Of a DNA stretch of 64,000 nucleotides, positions 11,435 to 25,020 are shown in pieces. The stretch is from positions 4,117,358 through 4,181,357 of the forward strand of contig CM082585.2 in assembly GCA_040954595.2 (NCBI GenBank), written 5' to 3'. The DNA is from Balanoglossus misakiensis. Its lineage: Eukaryota; Animalia; Hemichordata. Each line of letters opens with the position of its first letter. Positions within the stretch are counted from its first letter, which is position 1. The notes under the pieces were generated by a model. The model was given only the letters and a program-made list of their open reading frames with translations. It was not told where the DNA came from and searched no databases. The position numbers and the translations under genes were made by a program.

Positions 11435-14400
11435 TAGACCATGAGCCAGTAGGTGTTTACCTCCCCCCCCCCCCCCCCCCCCCCCCCGGAGAAATTTTGG
11501 AGACAATGTTTTTCTGAAAGCCTATCATATACCGAGTAAAATTCACTTTGTTTGCCATCTGGGCACCGGGGCGTTTTCGAGTTATTGGCTTCTAAATTAT
11601 ATTGGGTAACGTATGTAGAAAAGCCTTAAAGTGCATATCAATTGATGTAGGGGGTAAATTAGTCTTGTAAAATACTGTCTCTCTGAATGTATACCTAGAA
11701 CAACAGGGAAGTATTTGGTATCATAAGAAAGCTTAATAAACAAGCTTTACATTAATTACAAAATAAAAGTGATATGACAAATCATGACATCATAGTGACA
11801 TCATAAGTCAAAATACCCTTACGAAAATGGTGTTCTGTTCACCTATAAATGTGAGGTTTTGCAAAACACGTCTCTGAGCAATTGTACTGATGAAAACTGT
11901 GATGTGTTTGGTATCAACAGAAAGCTGATTGAGTAAAGTATCTAATTATTGCAAAAAATTGATATAATAATCAATTACGTCATCATTATGTCATACTTTC
12001 AAGTACCCTTACCAATTAGTGACTATGATGACAAGTTATTACCCTAGGAGATAGGTGCCTTTAAATAAAAAAAAATTGGTAAGGAAGGTTTGTGAAGTCC
12101 ATTCTATGTAAAAAATGGTGCTGATTCCAAAAAAGTCAGTCTTATTGACCCCACCCAAGACAAAATTGCCATTTTGGCACTTTTTAACCCAAAAAAGGTC
12201 ATTTTTAGAAAACACTAAAAGCACACTGTTTTCATCACATTCGAAGATCTGATGACATATGATGTGCCTATTCTATGTAAAATTTGGTTGATATTACGAA
12301 AAAAGCAGTCTGACTGAACCCAAACAAGACAGAATTGCCTTTTTGACCATTTTTTGCCCAAAAACGTCATTTTTAGACAAAACTTAAAACACACTCTTCT
12401 CTTCATATTGATTGATTTGATGATATATGGAAAGTCAATTCTATGTGTAAAATGGTGACTATAAAACATAAAGCAGTCTTTTTGACCCAAATCAATACAA
12501 AAATGCCATTTTTGGCCACATTTTTGAGGTCAAAAAAGGTCATTTTTACAAAAAAACTAAAAACAAACTGTTTTCTTCATATTCAGACATCATGTGATAT
12601 ATGAAAAGTTTATACTATGTAAAATAGTTCTGATTCCAGAAATAGCAGCCTTATTGACCCCCACTCAAGGCAAATGTGCCATTTTTGCCACTTTTTGCCC
12701 CAAAAATGTCATTTTTAGAAAACACTCAAAACTTATATATTTTCTTCACTTTCGGAGATCTGATAATGTATTATATTTCCACCCTGTGTAAAATTTGGTA
12801 GGTATTCAAAAAAGTAGGTTTATTGGCGCCACTCAAGATTAAAGTGCGTTTTTTGGCAAGTTTTTGCCCAAAAAGGCCATTTTAAGAAATAAGCAAACGT
12901 TTTTCTTTATATTTGGAAATTTGATCATGTATGAAAAGTCCATTTATTGAAAAATTGGTGTTGACTCTAGAAAAAGCTATTTTATTGATCTCAATGAAGA
13001 TGAAAATACTTTTTGCCCAAAAAGGGTCATTTTTAGAAAATACTAAAAACATGCTATTTTTTCCCCTTTGGTGATCTAATAATAAATAAAAGTCCATTCT
13101 ATCTTAAAAGTAGCGATTTTTCCAAAAAAGCACTCTTACTGACTCCACAGAGGGAAAAATGCCATTTTGGCCACTTTGCTCAAAAAAGGTAACTGTTTGA
13201 AACTTCTTTCTTTATTTTCAGAGATCTTATGATGTACGGAGAAGGTCCATTTTTGTTGAAAGGGAGCCGATTCCAAAAAAAAAATTCTTTTCAGCCCTAC
13301 AAAATTGTCATTTTGGCCATTTTTTGGTCAAAAAGGTCATTTCAAGAAAAAATGAAAACAAGCTGTTTTCTTCATATTTAAATGTTTGATTATGAATGGA
13401 AAGTCCATTTTTTGCAAAAAATATGCTGATACCAACACAACAGTCTTATTAAGACCCCACTCAATACAAAATTGCCACTAAGCCATCTTCTAGTCAACAA
13501 TTATCTTTTTCAGAAAACAAAATAATTGATGTTTTTTGCCTTTTGAGTTTTGATGTTATATTTGCATATTTAAAATGTCATACCATATGATATCAGTTGA
13601 ATTGATGATATTGAAAGGCAGAGTTCCATAATTTGGCACATTTAGCCTAAAATGGAACTCAACAATAAAACGAGACGATCCATGTATTCACACTGTATAC
13701 TATAAGTCGGTTATACTTGGTATAAATTTTTTTATGTACATCTATACCAGCTCCGGATAGATTGTTGACATTTATCCTCTTCGTTCTGAATACAAAATCA
13801 GAAATTATATTATATCATGATACCTCCGTCATTTTGATTGGACAGGGGTGCAATCCAACGATGCTGAATACTCAATAGAGCTAAAACTGGCCCCTGAACT
13901 AGCACACAATGGGAAAATGTGGGTTTAAATCTAATAAATGTAATAAAAACTCTTAAATTCCTTGACGTTTCAATTTGGAGATGCACTAAGTGAATATTTG
14001 GGACTTTGCCATGTGCAGTTCCTGTCTTTTTGTCGCCTGTATCATGTTTAATGCTTGGTCCTGGGCGACGTGTTTAGATTCATCGATGCGACTTTGGTTC
14101 AATTCGTATAACTTCTTTTACTCTCAACGCTGTTCCATCATCATTATGAGTTCAATTTGGGCTATCTCCAAATGCAAACATTTTTTCTCTAGAAAATGTT
14201 TATAATGATAAATTTGTCTTAAGTAGGTCTTTTTAGGCAATAAATTGCCAAAAACGCAATTTTGACTAGAATGGGGTCAATCAGATTTTTTTTACATAGA
14301 ATGGACTTATCATACATAATCAGATCTCTGAATATGAAGAAAACAGTTTGTTTTTAGTTTTTTTTGTAAAAATGACCTTTTTTGACCTCAAAAATGTGGC

Positions 14401-15156
14401 CAAAAATGGCATTTTTGTATTGATTGGGGTCAAAAAGACTGCTTTATGTTTTATAGTCACCATTTTACACATAGAATTGACTTTCCATATATCATCAAAT
14501 CAATCAATATGAAGAGAAGAGTGTGTTTTAAGTTTTGTCTAAAAATGACGTTTTTGGGCAAAAAATGGTCAAAAAGGCAATTCTGTCTTGTTTGGGTTGT
14601 CAGACTGCTTTTTTCGTAATATCAACCAAATTTTACATAGAATAGGCACATCATATGTCATCAGATCTTCGAATGTGATGAAAACAGTGTGCTTTTAGTG
14701 TTTTCTAAAAATGACCTTTTTTGGGTTAAAAAGTGCCAAAATGGCAATTTTGTCTTGGGTGGGGTCAATAAGACTGACTTTTTTGGAATCAGCACCATTT
14801 TTTACATAGAATGGACTTCACAAACCTTCCTTACCAATTTTTTTTATTTAAAGGCACCTATCTCCTAGGGTAATAACTTGTCATCATAGTCACTAATTGG
14901 TAAGGGTACTTGGAAGTATGACGTAATGATGACGTAATTGATTATTATATCAATTTTTGCAATAATTAGATACTTTACTCAATCAGCTTTCTGTTGATAC
15001 CAAACACATCACAGTTTTCATCAGTACAATTGCTCAGAAACGTGTTTTGCAAAACCTCACATTTATAGGTGAACAGAACACCATTTTCGTAAGGGTATTT
15101 TGACTTATGACGTCACTATGATGTCATGATTTAAACCCCTACTGGCTCATGGTCTA
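11435..15156. mobile_element. Academ-like non-autonomous foldback element with ~800-bp internal inverted arms and ~120-bp degenerate tandem repeats
   Basis: TIR TAGACCATGAGCCAGTAGG / CCTACTGGCTCATGGTCTA, with a 3-bp TSD TAG on both sides (TAG termini plus a 3-4 bp TSD are characteristic of Academ). Near-identical inverted arms at ~11780-12587 and ~14327-15132. Confidence 0.85.
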
Positions 15157-15899
15157 TAGCCTTTCCTCTACCCCTCCAGCTGAGCAGGTTATTTGGAATA
15201 AGGCCAGGATTCTTGTCAATAACAAGTCTGTTTTTCATCCTTATTTGTATAAAACAGGGGGATTATTCATCTTTCTGATATTTTGGTAAAAACTCTAAAT
15301 TTAGAAATGAAGCAGATTTAAAAGATCTTGAATGTAATCAAAATCAGAAAAGTAAAACAAAGACGCATAAACAGTAATCAGCAGTGACTTTAATTATCAG
15401 AACAATAGTGATCAGATCTTGACTGTTGTGAACATGTGATTTGTACAATTTGTACAAAATGCAGGATAAAGTATATGGTCATTGTGACACAGACCAAAGA
15501 GTCTGAGTGTTTGATTAAAAATAGCGTCAAGGACACTGTGGTCCCATTTGAGGATTATGCGGAAACAGTAACACACCAGAATAAAAATTACAGGTGACAT
15601 TGCAAGCAGATATGATCTTACGATATAGAAATATGGAATGTAAAAAAATTATCAAAGAACATGCCCAATAAACGGTCATGTGTCATGGCAGTCTTACAAG
15701 TGGTGCTAGAAAAAAAATTGACCAAAAATTGTCTGTACAAACACATATGAGAAGCAACTTCTTTCAGTCAGCCCTGGAACAGACAGACAGACACACACTG
15801 ACCTGCCACTGGTAATTAAAATTTAATAGCCAGTGGTCTCTGTAGCAGCTGGCCTATTAAAGTTATGTAAACATGTCTAAGTTGGGGGTAACAACTCCT

Positions 15900-16985
15900 T
15901 GTAAACAGTAACTTTCAAAACAACTGGACAATTGGTTTAGGAGAGGATTTGCTAACCAAAAACAAAGAAACTTACAAAAAAATTTGCTAAATATTTTATA
16001 TTTCTGATATCAGAATTGAATAAAAGTTGCACATATACATGTATGTTTTATGTTATTATATCCTAAATTTCAAAGCAATCAGAGAAAAAACAAATTTCAA
16101 AGCAATCCAACAAACACTTTCACAGAAAATATGTGTTCAAAAGTGGCAAAAACATAAATATGCAAATATCACCAAATTGTACAATATCTTACTTCAATCA
16201 CTACAAGGATCATGCCTGCCAAAGTTCAATGCAATATGACAAGCGGTTTCAGAGAAAACAATTTTTAACAAAAATTGCAAAAGTTCCCCGATATCACATT
16301 TATGCAAATATCACATTTTTTTTACAACATATTACTTGGGTTACCCCTACGAACATGCCTACCAAATTGCAAAGCAATCTGGCATGCGGTTTCAAAGAGA
16401 AAAAAAAATTGACCAAAAATGGCAAATATTGCTCAAAATTATAAATATGCAAATTTTGCAACAATTTGAACAAAACTATGGTAACTCAGACAACCATTAG
16501 GAAGCTTCATACTAAATTTCAAAGAAGTAAGCCCATCACCTAAAATATTGACAAAGACTAAAAAATCCATGATATCAACTGAACACTTACAGGTCGGTGT
16601 GAGGTTGACATAAGGTACATGCATACCAATTTTCAAAGCAATCTGACCAGTAATTGTTGACTTACAGAGTTTTGATCAATTTCACATTTTACAAGCTAAT
16701 TTGCATATTTTTGGGCCTGGCAACTTCGTTTGGACAAACTCCCATCTACAGCCCTGCCTGCACCTACACACCAAATATTGAGGTGATACGCACAGCGGTT
16801 TTCAAGTTTTTGATGTGGTCGGACATACAGACATACATACATCCATACATACATCCATTCATCCATACATCCATTCATCCATACATACATCCATACATAC
16901 ATCCATTCATCCATACATACATACAGACGCAACCCATCTCATAAGGTCCCATGGTATATATACCTATACAAATGGGACCTAAAAA
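15900..16985 (-). mobile_element. Degenerate non-autonomous Helentron (HINE/DINE-1-like) element
   Basis: Minus strand begins TTTTT-AGGTCCCAT...ATGGGACCT palindrome, then a (GTAT/GGAT)n microsatellite, then degenerate caaatttcaaagcaatc repeats. The left boundary is approximate. Confidence 0.55.
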
Positions 16986-17412
16986 CATCAAATTATACAA
17001 TTTTATGTGGTATGTCATTGTGTATGTATGTGTACGTGTAACGTTATGCATGGACATACATGTATGTCCATGGTTTATGTTGTTCACATTTTACAAGCTA
17101 ATTTGCATATTTTTGGGCCTGGCAACTTCGTTTGGACAAACTCCGATCTACAGCCCTGCCTGCACCTACACACCAAATATTGAGGTGATACGCACAGCGG
17201 TTTTCAAGTTTTTGATGTGGTCGGACATACAGACATACATCCATACATACATACAGACGCAACCCATCTCATAAGGTCCCATGGTATATATACCTATACA
17301 AATGGGACCTAAAAACATCAAATTATACAATTTTATGTGGTATGTCATTGTGTATGTATGTGTACGTGTAACGTTTATGCATGGACATACATGTATGTCC
17401 ATGGTTTATGTT
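16681..17412. repeat. Tandem duplication (402 bp + ~330 bp) covering the HINE end and its flank
   Basis: ttcacattttacaagctaat begins at 16681 and again at 17083. The copies differ mainly in microsatellite length. Confidence 0.9.
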
Positions 17413-17790
17413 GTCCCCAAAATATGCAAAATGTCCCCAAAAATAAAAAGTGGGGGGGACACAGTGTCCCCTGTTATAAAATTCCTGGCTGCAACACTGC
17501 ACACCCCTACTAGAAAATGGTATGAATTCTTGACGGACGGAAATAGTAGCTTATACCCAACTTGACAGACTCCTTTGTTTACACTTCGGAGCCAAAAAGG
17601 TTGGTGCGGGGGGGGGGGGGGGGGTGTCTCCATTAGTGCACGTGGGGATATGAGAAACAAAATACTTTTTTACGAGAAAAATCTATGCCGTCTCTCTGCC
17701 TGTATGTTTCAACTACAAGCTCTAATAGAAACATGATTATGAAATAAGTTTGCAAGACTGTAAGGAAGAATATCCTGAACTCAACATTAA

Positions 17791-18385
17791 AGCCCCAGTA
17801 TTTCTCGTGTGTATCCATTTTTCATCATCGAAAAATGCCCGTTTTTCCTGTACATTCATCATGGAATACTACATAATGAAGATAGAAGAAAGGTTTGGGC
17901 AACTGTAGCTACATGCAAGCTGTAAATATTGCCCGTAACACTTGAAATGATGCGCGGGTTTGTTTACAACGGAAATGTTGTACATGTCGATCAGCAAACG
18001 TCGTGCCACTTTGACATTTGATGGTCAGACCATTTTCGGATTTGATCTGGTTCCATCGACTGATTTCTCCCATAAAGTTATCTTCCCAAAATTTCGCCGA
18101 ATTAGTGCGCATTTCTTCGCTGAGTCGCTTGATTTGGGGCGACCAAACCTCTTCCGCATAGATTCACATTGGAGTGCGCATGCGCACTAGTCACGTGTGT
18201 CAACAGAGCCTGACTTTCTGTCCGGACAGAAAGTCATTCTTCACTCGTTATATTGTAAATTGTATGAGTTTATGAGCAGAGCTGGGGATGATGACTGTTC
18301 GATTCAGTATCAATTATCATCTACTTTTAGAAATTATAGATGCCATTTCAAACAAAATTTTGCCCCTACGAGAAATACTGTGGCT
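17791..18385. mobile_element. Kolobok-like MITE
   Basis: TTAA|AGCCCCAGTATTTCTCGT ... ACGAGAAATACTGTGGCT|TTAA: 18-bp TIR with 1 mismatch, TTAA TSD, purine-purine termini. Confidence 0.75.
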
Positions 18386-18990
18386 TTAAAGTGAAGGGGT
18401 CGTCGCGCCGCGTTTGTTTATAAACATTACAATTCATCCACAACAAATTAGATCATTCTTAGAATGAACGAAGCAGCCAACTGTAGTGTAGACTGGGCAT
18501 GGCAGCAACTGAAGATCCTAGTAGGTCGTGGCGACTGCAGTGGGGTTTGCACTGCTATGGGAGGGCATATTCTCAACAAGGGGGGACACCCTCGCAGCGT
18601 GACGACCCCTTCCCTACTGTTGCTGAAAAATACTTGTATATGAAAGTTGAAACAGTGATAGTTGCACACGAGGTATCTGATATGGCATTAACATAAACAT
18701 AACAAAATAAAGTTTTGAATGTTCCTTGCAATCTGCAATTGCATGAAAATATTCTCTGTACTGTTAATAAAGTATAATGTCTGCTCCTAATTCTGCAAAA
18801 TGTGTCATACTAAAATGTTATACCATTAGTGACACTATAACTAATAATAAAATATCATACTCTCCCCTTATGTATTTCAGCTGTTAATGAAATGATATTC
18901 CCATCCCTATCTTTGTACTGGTACTAAGCTATAAGTAAAATGTAACACTTATCCCAAGCATAGTACTGGTATTATAACTGGTAGTCCAAT

Positions 18991-21900
18991 GCCATGCCCA
19001 TCCCCTTGCTGTGTTAATTGATAATAAAGTGTCATACCCTCCCCTTGTTCTGTACTGTTGCTGTTAATAAAATGTTATGACAATCCCTCATAGTACTACA
19101 TGTAATACTTAACTGTAAGTACAATATCATGCACATCCCTTGCTTTTTAGTAAAATGCCATGCCTTCCCCTAGTTCTGTACTATAACTGTTAGTCAAATG
19201 TCATGTCCAACACTCACTTTGTACTATAAGTTACCAATATTAAAAATGTCATGCCCTCCCTGCTTCTCTATAGTTGTTAATAAAATGTTACTCCCACCCC
19301 AAGGGTTGTACTGGTACTTGAACTGTTAGTAAAATATCACGCCCATGTTCCTAGTTATGAACTGAAACGTTTAGGCTAATCAACTGTAATGCTCATGTAT
19401 ACTTGGTTTATTAAAATGTCTGCCAAAGTCTTGCCTAGTTCTAGAACTCATAATAAAATGCTCTCCCCTCCCCTAGTTCCGTACTGTAGGGGTCAATAAA
19501 ACGCATTATCTGGCCACCCCTAGCTCTTAAGTTGATCGTATGCCATGCCGAAACCTAGTTCTGTATTGTGACTTAGAGCTTAGATGGTCCTATAAAGCTT
19601 ATAAAACTTGTGCACACTCCAAATAGACCGAAAATGTCATGTGTACACCGACTGATAATAAACTGTCATTTCATCCCAGCTATGCACTCAAAAAATGACG
19701 TGGCATTATCACTAGAGGACGTGTACTGATCTGAGTGAATCAGATCCCGTGAGGAGTACGGTGCCCAGAGTACACGTGTACTAGTAGAGAAATGCCAAGT
19801 GTTGCTACATCTTCGCCCGCCATTGCTCTTCGGAAAATAGGAGTGTGTTCGAGCGAACACGTGCGAGCGGAAAGTCGTGTTGCGACCGTCGGTGAGGCGA
19901 ATTAAGACACAGCGCTAATAATATTGTCTGAAACGACTATCACACCAAAACTCATTTACAGTAAATATAAAAACAGACTACGTCGGAGAAGTCATTCGAC
20001 GTGTCTTCGTTCTCGAGGAGCCATTTGTATCTGCATTTGCATACCAGAAAGCCACGCCTTCCAGCCTCGTTCGCGGGTGACTTGTTTGTAATTGCCAAAG
20101 GCGAGTTAGTCATGTGCTTAGTTTGTTGGGTGTCAATGTAATCGTCCGTGTTAACTTATTTGGTACAATTCGAGACATATGCACTCAAAAATGATGTGAT
20201 ATTATAAACACTAGAGGACGTGTACTGATCTGAGTGAATCATATCCCGTGAGGAGTACGGTGCCCAGAGTACACGTGTCTTAGTAAAGAAATGCCAAATG
20301 TTGCTACATCTTCGCCCGCCATGCCCATCCCCTTGCTGTGTTAATTGATAATAAAGTGTCATACCCTCCCCTTGTTCTGTACTGTTGCTGTTAATAAAAT
20401 GTTATGACAATCCCTCATTGTACTACATGTAATACTTAACTGTAAGTACAATATCATGCACATCCCTTGCTTTTTAGTAAAATGCCATGCCTTCCCCTAG
20501 TTCTGTACTATAACTGTTAGTCAAATGTCATGTCCAACACTCACTTTGTACTATAAGTTACCAATAATAAAAATGTCATGCCCTCCCTGCTTCTCTATAG
20601 TTGTTAATAAAATGTTACTCCCACCCCAAGGGTTGTACTGGTACTTGAACTGTAAGTAAAATTTCATGCCCATGTTCCTAGTTATGAACTGAAACGTTTA
20701 GGCTAATCAACTGTAATGCTCATGTATACTTGGTTTATTAAAATGTCTGCCAAAGTCTTGCCTAGTTCTACAACTCATAATAAAATGCTCTCCCCTCCCC
20801 TAGTTCCGTACTGTAGGGGTCAATAAAACGCATTATCTGGCCACCCCTAGCTCTTAAGTTGATCGTATGCCATGCCGAAACCTAGTTCTGTGTTGTGACT
20901 TAGAGCTCAGATGGTCCTATAAAGCTTATAAAACTTGTACACACTCCAAATAGACCGAAAATGTCATGTGTACACCGACTGATAATAAACTGTCATTTCA
21001 TCCCAGCTATGCACTCAAAAAATGACGTGGCATTATCACTAGAGGACGTGTACTGATCTGAGTGAATCAGATCCCGTGAGGAGTACGGTGCCCAGAGTAC
21101 ACGTGTACTAGTAGAGAAATGCCAAGTGTTGCTACATCTTCGCCCGCCATTGCTCTTCGGAAAATAGGAGTGTGTTCGAGCGAACACGTGCGAGCGGAAA
21201 GTCGTGTTGCGACCGTCGGTGAGGCGAATTAAGACACAGCGCTAATAATATTGTCTGTAACGACTATCACACCAAAACTCATTTACAGTAAATATAAAAA
21301 CAGACTACGTCGGAGAAGTCATTCGACGTGTCTTCGTTCTCGAGGAGCCATTTGTATCTGCATTTGCATACCAGAAAGCCACGCCTTCCAGCCTCGTTCG
21401 CGGGTGACTTGTTTGTAATTGCCAAAGGCGAGTTAGTCATGTGCTTAGTTTGTTGGGTGTCAATGTAATCGTCCGTGTTAACTTATTTGGTACAATTCGA
21501 GACATATGCACTCAAAAATGATGTGATATTATAAACACTAGAGGACGTGTACTGATCTGAGTGAATCATATCCCGTGAGGAGTACGGTGCCCAGAGTACA
21601 CGTGTCTTAGTAAAGAAATGCCAAATGTTGCTACATCTTCGCCCGCCATGCCCATCCCCTTGCTGTGTTAATTGATAATAAAGTGTCATACCCTCCCCTT
21701 GTTCTGTACTGTTGCTGTTAATAAAATGTTATGACAATCCCTCATTGTACTACATGTAATACTTAACTGTAAGTACAATATCATGCACATCCCTTGCTTT
21801 TTAGTAAAATGCCATGCCTTCCCCTAGTTCTGTACTATAACTGTTAGTCAAATGTCATGTCCAACACTCACTTTGTACTATAAGTTACCAATAATAAAAA

Positions 21901-23325
21901 TGTCATGCCCTCCCTGCTTCTCTATAGTTGTTAATAAAATGTTACTCCCACCCCAAGGGTTGTACTGGTACTTGAACTGTTAGTAAAATTTCATGCCCAT
22001 GTTCCTAGTTATGAACTGAAACGTTTAGGCTAATCAACTGTAATGCTCATGTATACTTGGTTTATTAAAATGTCTGCCAAAGTCTTGCCTAGTTCTAGAA
22101 CTCATAATAAAATGCTCTCCCCTCCCCTAGTTCCGTACTGTAGGGGTCAATAAAACGCATTATCTGGCCACCCCTAGCTCTTAAGTTGATCGTATGCCAT
22201 GCCGAAACCTAGTTCTGTGTTGTGACTTAGAGCTCAGATGGTCCTATAAAGCTTATAAAACTTGTACACACTCCAAATAGGCCGAAAATGTCATGTGAAC
22301 CGACTGATAATAAACTGTCATTTCATCCCAGCTATGCACTCAAAAAATGACGTGGCATTAACACTAGAGGACGTGTACTGATCTGAGTGAATCAGATCCC
22401 GTGAGGCGTACGGTGCCCAGAGTACACGTGTACTAGTAGAGAAATGCCAAGTGTTGCTACATCTTCGCCCGCCATTGCTCTTCGGAAAATAGGAGTGTGT
22501 TCGAGCGAACACGTGCGAGCGGAAAGTCGTGTTGCGACCGTCGGTGAGGCGAATTAAGACACAGCGCTAATAATATTGTCTGTAACGACTATCACACCAA
22601 AACTCATTTACAGTAAATATAAAAACAGACTACGTCGGAGAAGTCATTCGACGTGTCTTCGTTCTCGAGGAGCCATTTGTATCTGCATTTGCATACCAGA
22701 AAGCCACGCCTCCCAGCCTCGTTCGCGGGTGACTTGTTTGTAATTGCCAAAGGCGAGTTAGTCATGTGCTTAGTTTGTTGGGTGTCAATGTAATCGTCCG
22801 TGTTAACTTATTTGGTACAATTCGAGACATATGCACTCAAAAATGATGTGGCATTAAACACTAGAGGACGTGTACTGATCTGAGTGAATCATATCCTGTG
22901 AGGAGTACGGTGCCCAGAGTACACGTGTCCTAGTAAAGAAATGCCAAATGTTGCTACATCTTCGCGCTTCGCCCGCCAAGGTCGCCATTGCTCTCCCGAA
23001 AATAGGAGACTGCATGTAGTTGAGCGAGCACGTGCGAACGGACGATGGTGTTGCTACCGTCGACGAGGCAAATTAAGACACAGCACTAATACGTGTCTGT
23101 CACGACTATCACACCAAAACTGTCCTTTACAGTAAATATAAAAAAGCTATTAAAGTCGGAGAAGTCTTTCCACGTGTCTTCGATATCGAAGAGCCATTTG
23201 TATCTGCATAAATTTGCATTTCCAGTCTCGTTCGCGGATGACTTGTTTGTATATATCAAAGGCGAGTTAGGCATGTGCTTAGTTTTTTTGGGTATCAGTG
23301 TAATCGTCCATGGTAACTTATTTGT
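18991..23325. repeat. Tandem triplication of a ~1327-bp unit (AT-rich ~50-bp degenerate minisatellite plus ~497-bp subrepeat starting CACTCAAAAA)
   Basis: gccatgcccatccccttgctg at 18991, 20318 and 21645; copies are near-identical. A more diverged 497-bp subunit follows at ~22830-23325. CACTCAAAAAATGA resembles CMC/EnSpm ends, but no partner TIR was seen. Confidence 0.9.
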
Positions 23326-23436
23326 CTATTACATATTTTAATGTCATCTTTCTTATCAAGCCTTGATCTAATTGGGGGCACAAGCGCCCTCAGGCGGCTT
23401 GTGCCCCCATTGGTATTGTTGGAATTTTTCTTTATT

Positions 23437-24988
23437 ACGGGCCCAAGCCAAGCCAGGCTTGGGCCCGTATTGGTTTCGTTGGGGTTTTTAGGGCCCAAGC
23501 GCAAGCAAGCGCTTGGGCCCTATTGGTTTCGTTGGAATTTTTCTTTCTTGCTTTCTTTCTTTCTTTCTTTATTCTTGTGTCAATTCTTCGGCCAACTAAA
23601 TCTCTGAAACTACTGCAGGTACACTGCTCAAACTTGCTACAGTGGTCAAGGTCTATGAGTAGATGTGCAGTGACTTGTGAATACTTAATTAGTCACGTGA
23701 CCTGGCGGCCATATTGGATTTTCTGAAAAAATTCAAATCTCAGATCTCAGAAACTACAAGTCAGATCGACTTCAAATTTGGCATGCAGGTAGACTACCTT
23801 CTACCCATCATTTTTGTAATTGGAAATTTTGCTACAGTGTTGCAGTTTTTTGCTACAATTTTTTTTCTGAAATCTGGCTTAAATTTCAAAAATCTTCTTC
23901 TCCAGAACCGGTGATAACCGAGACACGGGGTTTAGGGTATGTGGTCACCTAACTGATGTCTATCAAGTTTGCGAAGATCATTGTGATTGGTCGAAGATTA
24001 TGGCGGCCATATTGGATTTTCGAAAAACCATAGTTAAACTCCAAAAATCTTCTTCTCCAGAACGGGCGATGACTGAGTCGCAAGATTCGGGGAGTATGGT
24101 CACTACACTGATGTCTATCAAGTTTGCAAAGAACATTGTGATTGGTCGAAGATTATGGCGGCCATATTGGATTTTGTAAAAAGCAGTGAAAAATTGAAAT
24201 TCCTTTTTCTAGTCTAAAAATTGATAGCATACAAATTCTTTTCATGGATATCAATCGTCATGTGACTAAAATATGTTAGAATTTTTTGGCGATTTTTCAC
24301 ATGACCTTTGACCTACTTATCACACGTTATTATTTCTGCATATCTAATTCCAGGCTAACCTATATAGGGCTAGACGTTTGGTTTTTGATGAATGTGGATT
24401 AGTGTGTGATCAAAATATTTTGCTACTTTTCATGACCCCTTTGACCTCTGCTGACCTCATTAATTATGTGCATAGCTAATTACAGGCGAACCAATAGAGC
24501 TAGAGGTTTGGTTTTTGTTGGACATGGACCAGTATGGGATCAAAATTTTTTGCCCAAATGTTGGGTGATCTCTGGTGACCTTTGACCTACTTTCGCATAT
24601 CTCAGCATCCAGAGCAGATACTGCCACGGCATTTGACAGGATGGGACCAAAATGTAAAGCCACATTTTTGGGTCACCTGTGACACCTGCTGACCTCATTA
24701 AATATGCACATAGCTAATTACAGGCGAATCAACAGAGCTAGAGTTTTGGTTTTTGTTGGACAAGGACCAGTATGGGTCAAAAAAAATTTCCCAAATTTTG
24801 GGTGACCTCAGGTGACCTTTGACCTACTTCACCCTATTTCACCCTAATTCAGCAGCAAAAATACACACATCCTTGATATGTCATGAGATAATACATCCGA
24901 TAGAAAATTCTGTTTCTTCTCATTCATACTGTGCATATATAATTCAAGATCAGCGCTTGGGCCCGACAATGCTGCTCGCAGCTTTAAT

Positions 24989-25020
<32 letters not shown>

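Larger units (their letters stand above)
9077..17499. mobile_element. Non-autonomous TIR DNA transposon (hAT-like ends) expanded to 8.4 kb by nested insertions
   Basis: 15-bp perfect TIR CAGTGTTGCAGCCAG (9077) / CTGGCTGCAACACTG (17485-17499). Flanked by direct repeat CACACC (9071-9076, 17500-17505). Subterminal tgtccccaaaa motifs occur near both ends. Confidence 0.7.

Noticed and set aside
19685-23325. Complete EnSpm/CACTA element
   Set aside because: Only one type of end (CACTCAAAAA), repeated in direct orientation; no inverted partner or TSD seen.
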